Assembly: GCF_964355755.1 (NCBI RefSeq)
Contig: NC_092670.1
Location: 32,848,388-32,912,387 of the forward strand
DNA: 64,000 nucleotides
Origin: Antedon mediterranea
Lineage: Eukaryota > Animalia > Echinodermata
Reading direction: 5' to 3'
Program-made: the position numbers and the translations under genes
In this document: in pieces, positions 12,701 through 25,764 of the stretch
Position numbering within the stretch: position 1 is the first letter of the stretch
How the letters are laid out: every line of letters starts with the position of its first letter
The notes under the pieces: generated by a model
Seen by the model: the letters and a program-made list of their open reading frames with translations, nothing else
Told to the model about the DNA's origin: nothing
Databases searched by the model: none

Positions 12701-15700
12701 CGTTTTATAGATTTGCTTTAACCACCATGGAGGTTTATACCTCCATGCTTTAACGTTGAGCAGTATAATGACCTTATACATTCTGGGTAAAAGGCCAGCG
12801 ATAAATTTTTGGTTATAGTTGAACAGTCGAGACGCAGAGTGCTCAAATGACCGTTAAATCGCTAATTTTCCCCTGCGCATGCGCCATTTTTATACCAGGA
12901 AGTAGAAATTGTTTACACTTAGCGACGAACCGCGATGAATTTTTGCATGGAAGAGCCTTCAGAAATCCAGTAAAATTTCACCAATCAGGAACCTAATTCA
13001 CTTGCCAAATATGGTAAAGGCTTACCAAATATAGAAAGAACCTTCCCGCCGACTTTTTTTCGTATAAAATGACGGACATTTAAATCGGCGTCCATTTTTC
13101 GAAATCGTAGCTGTCGAGGGCTCACGTGAGGTAAGTTTTGATTCTGGTTTGTTTTGGTTTGAAACAAACCAGCCGATTTTTTCTTCAAAAGCCAAAATTA
13201 ATAACATTCTAGTATGTGTTCAATACACATATAATACATATTCTGAGAAAGATTTGGCTCTGTTCATTCATGAGAACTATTAAAATTTAGTGCAAGTTGA
13301 GCAGTCACTTTTTTCGGGCCGCCGCCATCTTTGTATGTATTCCTTAGCTATATCGTAGATAGCGCCTGTGCTTTAACAGATCAATCTTTACCAATCACGG
13401 GGCTTTGGTTTGACATATTAGGTTTTGATCGACTATTTATTGATTATCACGCAATTATAATGTTATTTGAAGTTATATTTTGGGGAAATTTGTAATTATA
13501 AACTGAATAAAATACATTGATATTTCGGTCTGTATATAGAAATAGGGCCGGCCTACTGTAACTAGTAGTAGGGCGGATCAACTGTCCACTAGGGCTAGCT
13601 AGGCCGATCTGTTTAGAAGTTTCCTATATAGTTATTTCGTACGGATTGAACTATTAGTAATTACCCTATGCTATTGGAACTAAATTTGTAATTTTTTTTA
13701 TTATATGCACCTAGGCCTAGTCCCAGCTGTAGAGCATACTATCTAGGCCTAGGCTAGCAGCTAGTCAGAGAAGAGCCAGTCAGCCGGCTCCTGCCCAGGC
13801 TATTATGCTGATGCTAGGCCAGCTGGAGTGTTCAACACTCGGCCAGAAATCGATGGTACCAAGCTCACCAGATGTACTAAAATAAACCTATAAAGGAAGT
13901 ATACAATGATACTGTAATATTTTCTTTTTATTTTATTTTGCAGGTGTTTGGATGCCAGCGTTTGATCACCTCAATTAGTCAGCATACCGTATCAAGCCAG
14001 AATGTCTGCTTACTGTTGTGAACCAACTTTCATGTGCATTTACTACGCCAATTTATATCAAGTTTAATATGTGTGCTATGTAAATAAGTTATAGAACTAT
14101 ATGATATATTTGATTTTATTTAATAATATTATAATAATTAGATTTGTTTTTCTTAGAATAGTATAAAAATAGTATTTTTACATGCAGTATAATTTTGAAA
14201 GTATTTATGCCAATACTTTGCCATAAAAAAATAAAAACATCTCGTTACATTCTGCATTGTCTAGGATTAATTTCAATAATAATAATATAGGTGCTATTTA
14301 AAAACAAAAATTTAAGAAATTTCAGCAGGTGGCTGGTTTCTGTTTTGTTTTTATATTCAATTTCCATTTTATTGGAAATTACTTAATCCAAACTAATATA
14401 AATAAGTTTATAAACCAGTATTTGTTCCAGTTATATTGCCGTATAGCTTTCATCATGGTAGTGTAAATATTGTATAGTGTATAATAATTACAGTATATAT
14501 ATTTATTTATTTTATCAGCATTTAACTTCTATCTAGTCTTTTTAAATGTTATCGTATTTATGTTTAAATTTGTGCTGCATAATTGTATTAGGTTACATGT
14601 TTCTCAGTTCTCCAAAATATACCAAAGAGATTCATTCAGTTAAAATTACACTTTTAATGTTTTATAACTCTACCAGAATCATTTTTGTATATTTTAGGAT
14701 AGTTTGTTAATGATAATTTTTATCATACAACAGTTATGAGTTGAAATAAAATAAAGTATAAATTTAAAAAATTCTTCTTTGTGTTTTATTTTTATTATGT
14801 AGTTTTTGAAGAATTTGTGGTGTGATGATTGCAGTGATGGATTGTGCATTGTAAATTAATATTTATTAATTAATAACAATAATAAATGGAATTTAAAATT
14901 AAATCACATAAATACTGTAATGCAGTCGGACCTTGACAGTTTTTATTAAAAGCAGTCTGATTCCCCTACGACTAATGCCATGACGTCATTTTAAGCCGTC
15001 TGGTGCTGTAAGGCTATTGCCATTACGTCATTTCTCTCGTCGGAAAATGGCTGCTATTTCAGAATTCATTCGCTTCACTCAAACGAATCCAGCCGTTTTT
15101 TTCTTCAAGAGAGTTTAACGATTTCCTTTGGTAGAAATGTTTGGAATATATATTTACGTCATATACCTAAAATCCGTGACTGTTCATACGATTTTCAGTG
15201 AGTTATTAAATTTTTTTCGACTAAAGTTACTCATCACTACGCCAGTCGCCGCTAGCCTACGCTAAGGTCGCCACAAACTTTCACTTGGCTAGGCTAAATA
15301 TGATCGAATTTTTGAATTCTATACAGGTAAAATCCCTTAAATATTATTTATAAATACAAAATACCCTGTAAATCGTTAATAAAATCTCATAATTTTACAC
15401 GGAAATTCAGAACTTTTTTCTCTCGATCGCCGGTAGCAATGGCGGCGATTCAAATTTCGAGATTGTGATAATTTCGAGGTCACGCAACTCTGCGTCTCGA
15501 CTGTGAAAAACAACACTGTGTGTGGTCGATGACCTAGCTCCCGGCGGGATCATGGCCAACGGTTTTTTAAAGTAATCATTCAAAATCTAGAGTTTGTAAG
15601 TAAAAGACACCTTTCATCGCAATTTATATATTAAATGCTTCAATAGGCCGAGCAAGATTAGTCTAATATAATGTCGAAGGAAGACGCTTTGTTGAAGATC

Positions 15701-18700
15701 CGAGAAATAGATGAAGAAGTGGCCAACATTTTAACAGGTTCGTAGGCCTAATAATTATATTTTAATCTGCCAGCAGTCTAGGCCTAGCCTAGGCTCCTTC
15801 CTAGTTAGTAATACTGTAGGCCTGGAACTAGTAGGTCTAGGCTAGCTTACTATGCCTGTACTGACGGACAGGTGTATAGGTTTAGCTTAGCATTTTAGTT
15901 CAGACATTGACAGAGGGGACAAATATTGTCGGACCTATTTCAGCTAGGTATAAGGAAGGCCTAATAATAGATAATACAATTATAATGTAACAGTTATTTT
16001 GTAATGTAGCCATGAAATATCTACGAAGGATTATATTATATACACATATTCCAATGAGAAATATAATGACATTTAAAAACACTTCTTTATATTTAATTAA
16101 TTGTACACACTAAGTAATCCCCGAAGTGATCACATCGATATTGAAACTTAATGTTTTTAACTCTAAATTTAAAAAAAACATACTAAAAAAACAAACAAAA
16201 AACATACGTACTGCATAACTAAAATTGTTATATTAAATTTCTTTTTAAAAAACTGTGTTATTTACAATATCTTAAATTATTTGTTAGGTAATTGAAGAAG
16301 TTCGAAGGATACTAATTATCACTAGGCAAAGAGGAATGAAATACAAAAGAAAGCTTTTTAAAAAAGTGCTTAGCAAATTTTTCCAAAGAAGAGAATAATA
16401 TAGTTTATTTTGGTATTTTAAAGAGAAACACCAGTCCTCCATCTGGTAAGTACAGTGTATGTTTTTGTACTTTTATCTATTCATAAATAGTTTTATAATG
16501 GACCAATGGTAGTGAGGAAAATACGTGTACATATTGTGTACGTATTTTTAACAGCTTGGTTCGACTCAAGCTAGTGTCATGCACTCCTCCCTTTGACAAC
16601 TAAAATTAAATAAATGACTTATGAATATTAATTTTTGACATATTAATGCTCTCCTGGCCAGCCCACCCTTTCCCCTTCCTTTTACATTGACCACCTACAA
16701 AACTGTAGGCTACATTATTAAAAAATTTGAGCTACAGTATATCAAGTTTATGTCCATACATTATTCCACTCATTTAAATAAATTTATATAATATAATGTT
16801 TTCAATTTGTTATTTTTGTTTAGGTTCAAAGATAACCCATATGTTGTCAAATCTGTCAAACATATTTGTTGGGAAAAACTCATCAAAAAAAGTCTGCCGA
16901 CCTTGAAGGTATTTAGTGTTTTTTTAAATTTAAAATACAAGTAACATTATGTACATTAAAAAAAAATATATTAAAGTGTTTTTTTAAAATCAAATTTATC
17001 TTAGCTTAAAATTCGAGGTATATACTATGTTTGCAATAATTTATTAAAATCAAACAATTAAACAAAATTTACATTTAATTGTATGATTGTTATTATAAAC
17101 ATTGATACGGAATAAAAACATCAACCAGGATTGAGCACCGTTTTGCGTATTGTCTTCCTAAATAGTAATATTAAAAATAAATTTAGACCCTAATAATTTA
17201 ACTAAAAATAATAGATACAGCCAGGCCTGTCTTTGGGATCGGTATAAACAGGGCAAAGTTTGTGATTAAAAAGTTCAAATGCATATTCCACCCACCCTTA
17301 TGTCTTATAATGTAAAATTATTCTTACCACCGTTCTAATATTGCGTCATGTTTTTGTGTTTACCGCCCCAGATATAGGACTCTAAAACCACACCGTACCC
17401 AATTAGTTGATGATGTTACACATATTTTAAATACAGTAATAACTAAAACTATATTAATCTCTTTTCATTTTTAGGAACATGAATAAAGATCCAGAATCCT
17501 GGTCTTCACGCCGATCAGGTAATATGCCGGTATTGCTTTTGGACACAGAAATGGCCTACATTAAAGTTTAGCAAACAATTCTAACTACAAAGAAAGCAAA
17601 ATTAGATGAGGCTCTAGTTACTCTCCTCTCCACTTTTTACCTTCTGGATTTCGATTATCCAAAATGAAAAGAAGTAGGCCTCACTATCCTTTAACAGTTA
17701 GTGATTTGTGATGAAAACACACCTGTACACTTGACAAAGGCTGTTGAATCATCATTAGTATACATTAATAAATTTAAAGACACCTAATAGTTTAAAGCCC
17801 AGGTGCGGGAGAAGAATTTTACGAAATTTGTATTTTACCATTTTAATGTTTTTAAGTTTTCTTTTGATGGCATTTTATTATTAATAAAAACAAGTTTGTT
17901 TTAAAGAAGTTGTATATATTATTTTACCTAATGTCATGTAAATTGTAGTTCTTAATAAAAATAACAGTATTGTTAATATTATGTTTTATAACATTCTTGA
18001 ATTTATTTGTTTAAGTAAAATAATACTTAAAATGAGTATTCATTTATCGTTCTTAAAATAAATTTTTAATGATTTATATTTTATAGAATTCTTGTTTCAA
18101 GCAATTTTTTTCCCAATATAAGTAAGAATTTACGAATTTTAATTTGATAGAATTCTTGTTTCAAGCAATACTTTTCTTAAAATAAGTAAACATTTACTGG
18201 TTTTTATTTGATAGACTTCTTGTTTACTTATTTTAAAAAAAGTTTTGCTTGAAACAAGAATTCTACAAATAAAAATCGGAATATTCTTACTTATTTTAAG
18301 AAATATATTGCTTGAAACAAGAAAACTAAAAATATAAATCGGAATATTCTTACTTATTTTAAGAAAAATATTGCTTAAAACAAGAATTCTTAAAAATAAA
18401 AATCGGAATATTTTTACTTGTTTTAAGAAACATATTGCTTGAAACAAGAATTCTACAAATAAAAATCGGAATATTCTTACTTATTTTAAGAAAAATATTG
18501 CTTGAAACAAGAATTCAAAAAATACAAATCGGAATATTCTTACTTATTTTAAGAAAAATATTGCTTGAAACAAGAATTCTACAAATAAAAATCGGAATAT
18601 TCTTACTTAATTTAAGAAATATTTTGCTTGAAACAAGAATTCAAAAAATACAAATCGGAATATTCTTACTTATTTTAAGAAAAAAATTGCTTGAAACAAG

Positions 18701-21700
18701 AATTCAAAAAATACAAATCGGAATATTCTTACTTATTTTAAGAAAAATATTGCTTGAAACAAGAATTCAAAAAATACAAATCGGAATATTCTTACTTATT
18801 TTAAGAAAAATATTGCTTGAAACAAGAATTCAAAAAATACAAATCGGAATATTCTTACTTATTTTAAGAAATATATTGCTTGAAACAAGAATATTAAAAT
18901 TAAAAATCGGAATATTCTTACTTATTTTAAGAAAAATATTGCTTAAAACAAGAATTCTAAAAAATACAAATCGGAATATTCTTACTTATTTTAAGAAAAA
19001 TATTGCTTGAAACAAGAATTCTACAAATAAAAATCGGAATATTCTTACTTAATTTAAGAAATATTTTGCTTGAAACAAGAATTCAAAAAATACAAATCGG
19101 AATATTCTTACTTATTTTAAGAAAAAAATTGCTTGAAACAAGAATTCAAAAAATACAAATCGGAATATTCTTACTTATTTTAAGAAAAATATTGCTTGAA
19201 ACAAGAATTCAAAAAATACAAATCGGAATATTCTTACTTATTTTAAGAAATATCTTGCTTGAAACAAGAATTCAAAAAAATACAAATCGGAATATTCTTA
19301 CTTATTTTAAGAAATATATTGCTTGAAACAAGAATTCTATAAAATACAAATCGGAATATTCTTATTTTAAGAAATATCTTGCTTGAAACAAGAATTCAAA
19401 AAAATACAAATCGGAATATTCTTACTTATTTTAAGAAATATATTGCTTGAAACAAGAATTCTATAAAATACAAATCGGAATATTCTTACTTATTTTAAGA
19501 AATATATTGCTTGAAACAAGAATTCAAACAAATAAAAATCGGAATATTCTTACTTATTTTAAGAAAAATATTGCTTGAAACAAGAATTCTATTTTAAAAA
19601 ATCGATAAATTGTTACTTATTTTAAGGCAGATACTGCTTAAAACAAGAATGAAAAAGCGATTAAATTCTTGGTAAGAATATTGTTCTTAAAGTATTATTT
19701 CTTGGTAAGAATAATTTTCTTGATAAGAATTTGTGTGATTCTTGTTAAGAATTTTACGATTCTTGGTAAGCCAAAAAGTATTGAAATACGGACAAGTCAA
19801 AATTTACTTGTTTCAAGAAATATTTTGCTTGAAACAAGTTTTTTTTTTCTTAAAACAAGAATCAGAATTTTGCTGTGTGGTTACTGATTGAGTGTTAAAC
19901 ATGAGATTATTCTATTTAGCAAAGCTAATTATTTCTTATGAAAATACGTGATTATAAATAATAGTTTATGTAGTGTAATGCATCTCGTTAAACCCTAACA
20001 ATGAAATTATTCCACGAACGTCCTTCCCAAACTCGCGTACTGGAATCTCTGTGACAACATAATTGTTTAACGTTAATACAAATCACAATGTGCTTTAACA
20101 GTTACAATACGAAGTAATTAAAATGTTACGATGAGTGCTAGTTTAGCAAACAACTAGAGGACAGTAAACATTCGTAAACAATGGAACTGGCTCGATCTCC
20201 ATACAAGAAAGAAGGTACTATTTTGTATTCCAACATCATCTGTTGCTAATTATTACAGTGTATTAATCGCCTGATAAAAAGATAGTTGGTCTTTACCAGG
20301 GCTATTTGGAAAGACTTATAATACGTTTGATGTATGAAATAAATCAATGTGATCATTTCGAAAAGGTTCGACAGACTTTATATTTTTACATTACAAAACC
20401 AGTACTGTTGAAACACCTTGCAATATGTGCAGAAATGAAAATATTATAATTATAATACTTGTAGTAGTAGTACTACTACTACTACTACTACTAATAGTTT
20501 AGTTCATCCTGTGAGTGAGTTTGTGCTCGCAGTTGGATGAGTATAAAAAATATGATTTAAAACAATAATACATACAAGCTTAAAAGATTATCTTTTACCT
20601 ACAAGAACTATTTACTTTCAAGATATGGTTAACGTTAACGTAAGACCAGTTAAGATTGGATAAAGTGGTTTAAAAAAGAAATTGTAGCTTTGCTGCTTTC
20701 TTTTATTTAATATTAGTTTATGTATTTTTTTTTCTTTCGCATTCGTTTTTAATATTATTATATCTTGGGGTGGGTCAAACTTAAAGTCTTTCTGACTTAT
20801 ATGACCCCTCCCCCCCACATGATTACTTCATTGTATTTATTATCCTGTTATGTTGAATTGAAAGTACAGAGCACGATGGATATATGGACATAGACAATTT
20901 TAAATGATTAAAAAGAGATAGATGTTTATGTTAACATTGGTTGTAGTGTACACGGAAAGAAGGGAGTACAGACGGTTTTTGCTCTTATGATCTTTCCTAC
21001 TAGTTGTTACAATGATTATGATTGGCGAATGAAAATCATCCTCATTATGATATTAATCATTATTATTTTTCTTGATTGTTACACTAGTCTAACTCTACGA
21101 TGGCCCCCACCATTCGGCAAGCTGGTGAGCAACGACGACAGTCGAACAAGCATCCCGCTTCACAATCATCATCTGTGGTTAGCACCAGAATTTCTACGAC
21201 CACCACACCGTGCTACGATTGAAACGCCAACATACCACGCAACTCGACCTAAACATGTTAATGTCGATAAAAACAACAATCGAATAAAAAGTATAAAAGA
21301 AAGTCTACAACCACTACAATTTTCCTTCACTCGAGAAGAACTTGACACATCTCTGTATGGTTACAGTAAGGGGCAGATTGGCTGGACGGGACATGCGCTG
21401 TCGGGCCTACACGTGCACAATCCTGGTAGGTACTTATAGTTACAATGCAAATCAAAACATTAATTTAACAACGCGCCAATTTCAACTAGAATCAAACTCA
21501 CGCATTCTAAATTAAGTATAACTAGATTTAATTCGTCACTATGACGAATTATAGGTTATATGCATTGATTTTAATAAAGATAATTGATTGATATAAGATA
21601 TTGATTGATTGATTTTCTCAGAATCTTTGTTATTTATAATATAAATAAATAAATAAATAAATAAAGATCCTGACAGAATCAAGAGGTTATATGCATATCA

Positions 21701-24700
21701 TGCATATAACCTAATTGGTATTGGGAAAACAGGAGACTTCATGGTTAATTTGTATTGGTTAATATGTTATTTACTCTTTATTCAAGTATCTTAGTTACAT
21801 CACATAATATACAGTAAGGTCACGTATTAGAAAACTCACTCATGAGACTGAAGGTAGAATTGAATCAGTGATGAAAAATAAGAACAATTTGTCTTAACTT
21901 GATGCAAGTGTTAGAGGTGTTACTGATGTGCCTACACATTGAAAAATTTACAAGGTTAACGATAGATTAGAAAAGCTTTAACAAAAGGATGTTAATTTGA
22001 AAGGTTTTCAGGGAGTACTTGTGAGTAACACGGTCAACAGTTAACCTATTATAGCGTACACAACGGGTTTAAAGGACACAATACGCCAAGTAGGCATTAC
22101 AATAAGGTCGGTAAACTCAAAGGATAAACCAATGTTTCCTCCAACCAGAGTACGCATACCTTGTAATTGGCGATTTTATACTGATTTTGATACCATTATA
22201 TCATTAAGGGTGTGTTGGACGTTGGACTACTGATCGTGAGATCACGTTTCGAATCCAACTCTCGCCGCATTGCTTGTACCCTTAGACAAGATACTTTACT
22301 TACGTTTGCCTCTCTCCACCCAGGTGTATAAATGGGTACCCGGTTAGATCAAGACAAACAACGCTGATTACTTGCTGCATTATGGGAGTATGTTTCCAGG
22401 CCATACGTGTTTGGTGCAAAAAATGACCGGGGCAATAATGTTCAGGGCTTAGAGGTTTCACAACATTAAGCGCTATATATATCCAGGATATTATTATTAT
22501 TAAATACACTGATCGTTATTGTATTTTGTTTTCCAAAATATAGGTTACACATACTATTATTTTACCACCATAACTATTTTAAGCAGAACGTATTATACAA
22601 TCATTATTCTGAACATTCCTATGAATAATACGTCTAGCAGTAACCTAAACAGCATGGATATGTAGTGTACTATACTGTTATTGTTTATGTAATTGTTTCT
22701 TTAGCGATAAGAAAAATCAACACATCTAAATCAGCCGTAGACCACATTGATATTTCACAGATGGACATACCAAATGGTAAGTGTTTTATTACATGTTTCT
22801 ACTAGATAGGTAACTTGATGAACTTTATTTTCATTTCTTAAAATCTTCAACAATAACTACCTTAATAAAACTGACTAAAGTGGACAATGCAATGGGCCTA
22901 CCTAATTTTTCAAATACAGTGTTACTGATTTCAAATATGATGTGTGTTTGTCGTTTGTTTCAGGAGTGATCATCAGAAAGACGTTAGTAGGTGGAAACAC
23001 TCACCATGGTGCGTTCTGTGACAAAGCAATGACGCCGAAAGGAACTAAATTTGGTCCATTCCGAGGTAAAATCGTACACCCAAGTGAAATTAAAACCACC
23101 GATGATAATAGTTGTATGTGGGAGGTAAGTTTAAATTGTATAAGGTGAGAAGCAAAATATTTAACATATAGGCCTAGCGAATATTGGCTAAAGACATAAT
23201 AACGGCAAGCAGGGTTGTTTTTTTTTTCACGGTTGCTTGATTAAAATGTGTGTAGGCCTATCATACAACTACTAGGCCTGTCTTCCACGTGAAGCTGCTA
23301 TGTAGCACATTAAAACATTTCTTTGCTCACGCTTTCATTTCTCCAACTCTGCACAGAATATGGATCCCGTGGCATGTAAATGATCAGTAGGCCTACACCT
23401 GGAGATAATTCACTGCTTGTTTTCAATAAAGTGGGCCTACCTACAGGTTTAAGCTTCTCTGACCACCCAATACTACCCTATTTACTCATGATGGACATGT
23501 GCCCAGCAATCCGTTTAAATCTAAAAATTCCGATCGATTTCAGATATTTGTTGAAGGTAAATTGAGTCATTTCATTGACGGAAAGGGATGCACCGGATGC
23601 TGGATGGCGCTAATAAACAACGCCCGCTACGCTCAAGAACAAAACTTAACAGCGATTCAACAAGGAAACGATATCTACTACGAAGCATGCAAAGACATAC
23701 CTAGGGTAATACAAAATCTTTTAAGTTTGAATAATACAATTATTTACGAATTTGCAATGAATTTATGCGATGATAGTTCAACCTCCCTTCCTTTCACACA
23801 CATTGTGTAGCACCAAATCAAACACCAAAACAATACATTTGAAATCATGAAACTGTGTAAGGACAAAATGGGCACGGGTTATGATACACCTACGATCATA
23901 AAGACGAGTTTTTTTATAAACATAATTACTTATGAGCTAATGCGTGCGAATACATTAACGGCACTAAACTTTATACGACCAAGAAGCACAGGGCCAAGAA
24001 CCACATCTTCAAACCACTGTTGTTTGGGGAGAATATAACACAAATAGCACAGTTAAATATGTACAGCATATACCATAGAGATAAGTACAACAGTCACGAT
24101 TTTTTGCAACCTTTGTGATACAATATTTATTTTCATCCCATTTTCTTATTTTTCCAGGGCTCTGAACTTCTAGTTTGGTACGGTGATTCATATCTGCAGT
24201 TCATGGGAGTACCAGTGTCAATCAAAGCGATAGCAACTTTGAATTCTGTAGATGATCAGAGTAGTGACAGTAAGTTATATCTTTCTAGAAAGCAGTTCAT
24301 AAGTTACATAAACTACACAACTACACATCTACACATTATAGAAAAACTGTACTATAGAAGCTAGCTAGTTAGCAGGCTATCTATCATGACTTAGAAACAA
24401 CGATATTCAGATCTGGTATATCGTGTTATTCTTTTACTTTGACTTTTTAACAATTGTAGATGGCGGTATAACATTATAGGAACTATTTCCTTTTTTTAGA
24501 CAAGGAAGGATTCAAATGCAACAGATGTGGAAAAGTGTTCGCTTACCAGTATTATCGTGACAAACATCTTAAATACACCAGGTGTGTTGATCAGGGTGAC
24601 CGGAAGTTCCCGTGCCATCTTTGCAGACGATCTTTCGAAAAAAGAGACAGACTTCGTATTCATATCCTTCATGTTCACGAAAAACACCGCCCTCATAAGT

Positions 24701-25479
24701 GTAATGTCTGTGGTAAAAGTTTTTCACAGGTAAGCAATATAATGTTACAACTATATTTTCGGACATTATTTATTTACTGTAGCCTATAACTTTTATTTTA
24801 AAATAAGTCTTAGAAGCAAATTTGAAATATGCAATTACAGGCATATGCAACAACTTGTTTGATCATTCACATAATTGCTCAATACACATTTTAGTATTGT
24901 TCTTAATATTAATTAAGCCCAGTGTTACAACAATTTCTTATTATAATAGACGAGCTATAACATTTAATTCAATATTAGGCAGGATGCATACACAAAACTG
25001 TTCATAATTAGCAAATGATATTCTTCGCAATCCTGTTTTTAACATCTTTGTTTTCTACCAATATACATAATAAAAACAATTACCTAATAGTCTGCTAAGA
25101 TGCTATCACGTAATACATGAATGTTACTAACATTATATTTCTGTTATTTTCATTTTAGTCAAGCAGTTTGAACAAACACCTTCGTGTGCACAGCGGAGAG
25201 CGCCCATACAAATGCGTATACTGCAGTAAGGCGTTTACAGCCTCTAGTATCCTAAGGACTCATATTCGTCAACACAGTGGAGAGAAACCATTTAAATGCA
25301 AACACTGCCTCAAATCATTTGCATCACATGCAGCACACGACAGTCATGTACGCCGAACACATACAAAGGAAAAGTCTAGCGTCTGCCAGTTCTGCGGCAA
25401 AACGTTCACCCAACCGTATGAACTAAAATTCCATATCAGTACAGGTGTACACACAGGTGGGTCTAACGCTAACAACTAG
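6710..25479 (+). CDS. PRDM14: PR/SET domain zinc-finger protein 14 (PRDM14) orthologue, 8 coding exons, about 473 aa
   Basis: GT-AG exons: 6710-6735, 21088-21425, 22705-22776, 22964-23124, 23544-23705, 24158-24269, 24500-24729, 25159-25479. Phases are consistent and total 1422 nt. The protein has the pre-SET motif FSFTREELDTSLYG and a PR domain (FGPFRG...MWEIF...WMALINNAR...EQNL...ELLVWYG). Its six zinc fingers carry the PRDM14-typical YYRDKHLKYT, FEKRDRLRIHILHVHEKHRPHKC, FTASSILRTHIRQHSGEKPF and FASHAAHDSHVRR. Exon 1 (MSRLQTNP, AG|gtaag) rests only on phase match and promoter context, so it is less certain than exons 2-8. Confidence 0.93.
8454..8885. repeat. 216-bp tandem duplication
   Basis: 8454-8669 is repeated at 8670-8885 (ATCAATTTATGACATGG...GGAAAGCATCCTC) and looks identical by eye. 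Confidence 0.9.
10140..11670. repeat. Left subterminal tandem array (~102-bp unit) of the CACTA element
   Basis: AGAAGTC recurs at 10941, 11044, 11146, 11253, 11345, 11447 and 11549. There is also a ~360-bp higher-order duplication at about 10260-10990. The array is built from CTT-N5-AAG motifs. Confidence 0.9.
12095..12670 (-). pseudogene. N-terminal zinc-finger remnant of an EnSpm/CACTA-type transposase
   Basis: The minus strand reads LLRHYNSIHGNTPNFRVTCGIGG[frameshift]CPASFGIYNSFYKHVIRRHFKDEY, followed by an acidic stretch and a GTAAG donor near 12095. This resembles the C2H2 N-terminus of animal EnSpm transposases. It contains stops and frameshifts, and no catalytic core is visible. Confidence 0.6.
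12824..15503. mobile_element. Nested non-autonomous TIR DNA element (2.7 kb; superfamily uncertain, possibly Academ-like)
   Basis: Perfect 17-bp TIR CAGTCGAGACGCAGAGT (12824) / ACTCTGCGTCTCGACTG (15503), with a 4-bp TSD TGAA on both sides. No transposase ORF. Confidence 0.8.
15671..17787 (+). pseudogene. Decayed multi-exon accessory gene of the CACTA element (SAMD3-like C-terminal motif)
   Basis: Exon-like pieces at 15671-15737 (MSKEDALLKIREIDEEVANILT), about 16288-16445, 16824-16908 and 17475-17787. The last reads KLDEALVTLLSTFYLLDFDYPK*KEVGLTIL*QLVICDENTP..., matching the A..L...FY..(N/D)..YP.....L.Q motif of SAMD3-like, transposon-associated proteins. It has in-frame stops. Confidence 0.5.
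18080..19650. repeat. Right subterminal tandem array (63-bp unit, about 25 copies) of the CACTA element
   Basis: Unit TTGCTTGAAACAAGAATTCAAAAAATACAAATCGGAATATTCTTACTTATTTTAAGAAAAATA. It produces the spurious 21-aa repeat ORFs at 18435-19326. Confidence 0.95.
22208..22500 (+). mobile_element. tRNA-derived SINE with CORE-like central domain, in PRDM14 intron 2
   Basis: B-box-like TTCGAATCC, central CCCTTAGACAAGATACTTTAC...CCTCTCTCCACCCAGGTGTATAAATGGGTACC, and an (ATT)n tail. Truncated relatives lie at about 41450-41535 and 48680-48805. Confidence 0.75.
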
Positions 25480-25764
25480 ATTTTACTACAGAAAAAAATC
25501 TCAATAAACTGTACATACTACGTATGGATGATAAATAATATAATAAAACTTTAGTTATGAATAATCCGTAACAATTTCTTCGTCATACTCCGATCTTTTA
25601 CTTTAAACGTTCGCTTATAAATACGTACAGACCTTCTAAAATGACTTCGCTGATACTATTGACGATAAGTGTTTCCAATGACGTATTTCAGGGATAGTTG
25701 CTGTTTTTTTAGTCCAGCCGTAAATACAATTTGACCTTATGTCCTGCGGCAGGTTTCGATAAAT

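Larger units (their letters stand above)
10104..19877. mobile_element. Decayed CACTA/EnSpm (CMC)-type DNA transposon in PRDM14 intron 1
   Basis: Termini are CACAGCAAAATT (10104) and AATTTTGCTGTG (19877), with imperfect inverted similarity continuing for about 70 bp. A 2-bp TSD TG lies at 10102-10103 and 19878-19879. The element has long subterminal arrays and two decayed, divergently oriented internal genes. Confidence 0.85.

Noticed and set aside
18139-19326. ORFs encoding 21-aa repeat proteins, and a CRISPR-like appearance
   Set aside because: This is a 63-bp head-to-tail array with no unique spacers and no cas genes. The ORFs arise because the unit is a multiple of 3 and lacks stops.
20987-21087. 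Hydrophobic signal-like N-terminus for PRDM14
   Set aside because: It is the T-rich intron end before the AG at 21086-21087; PRDM14 is a nuclear protein.
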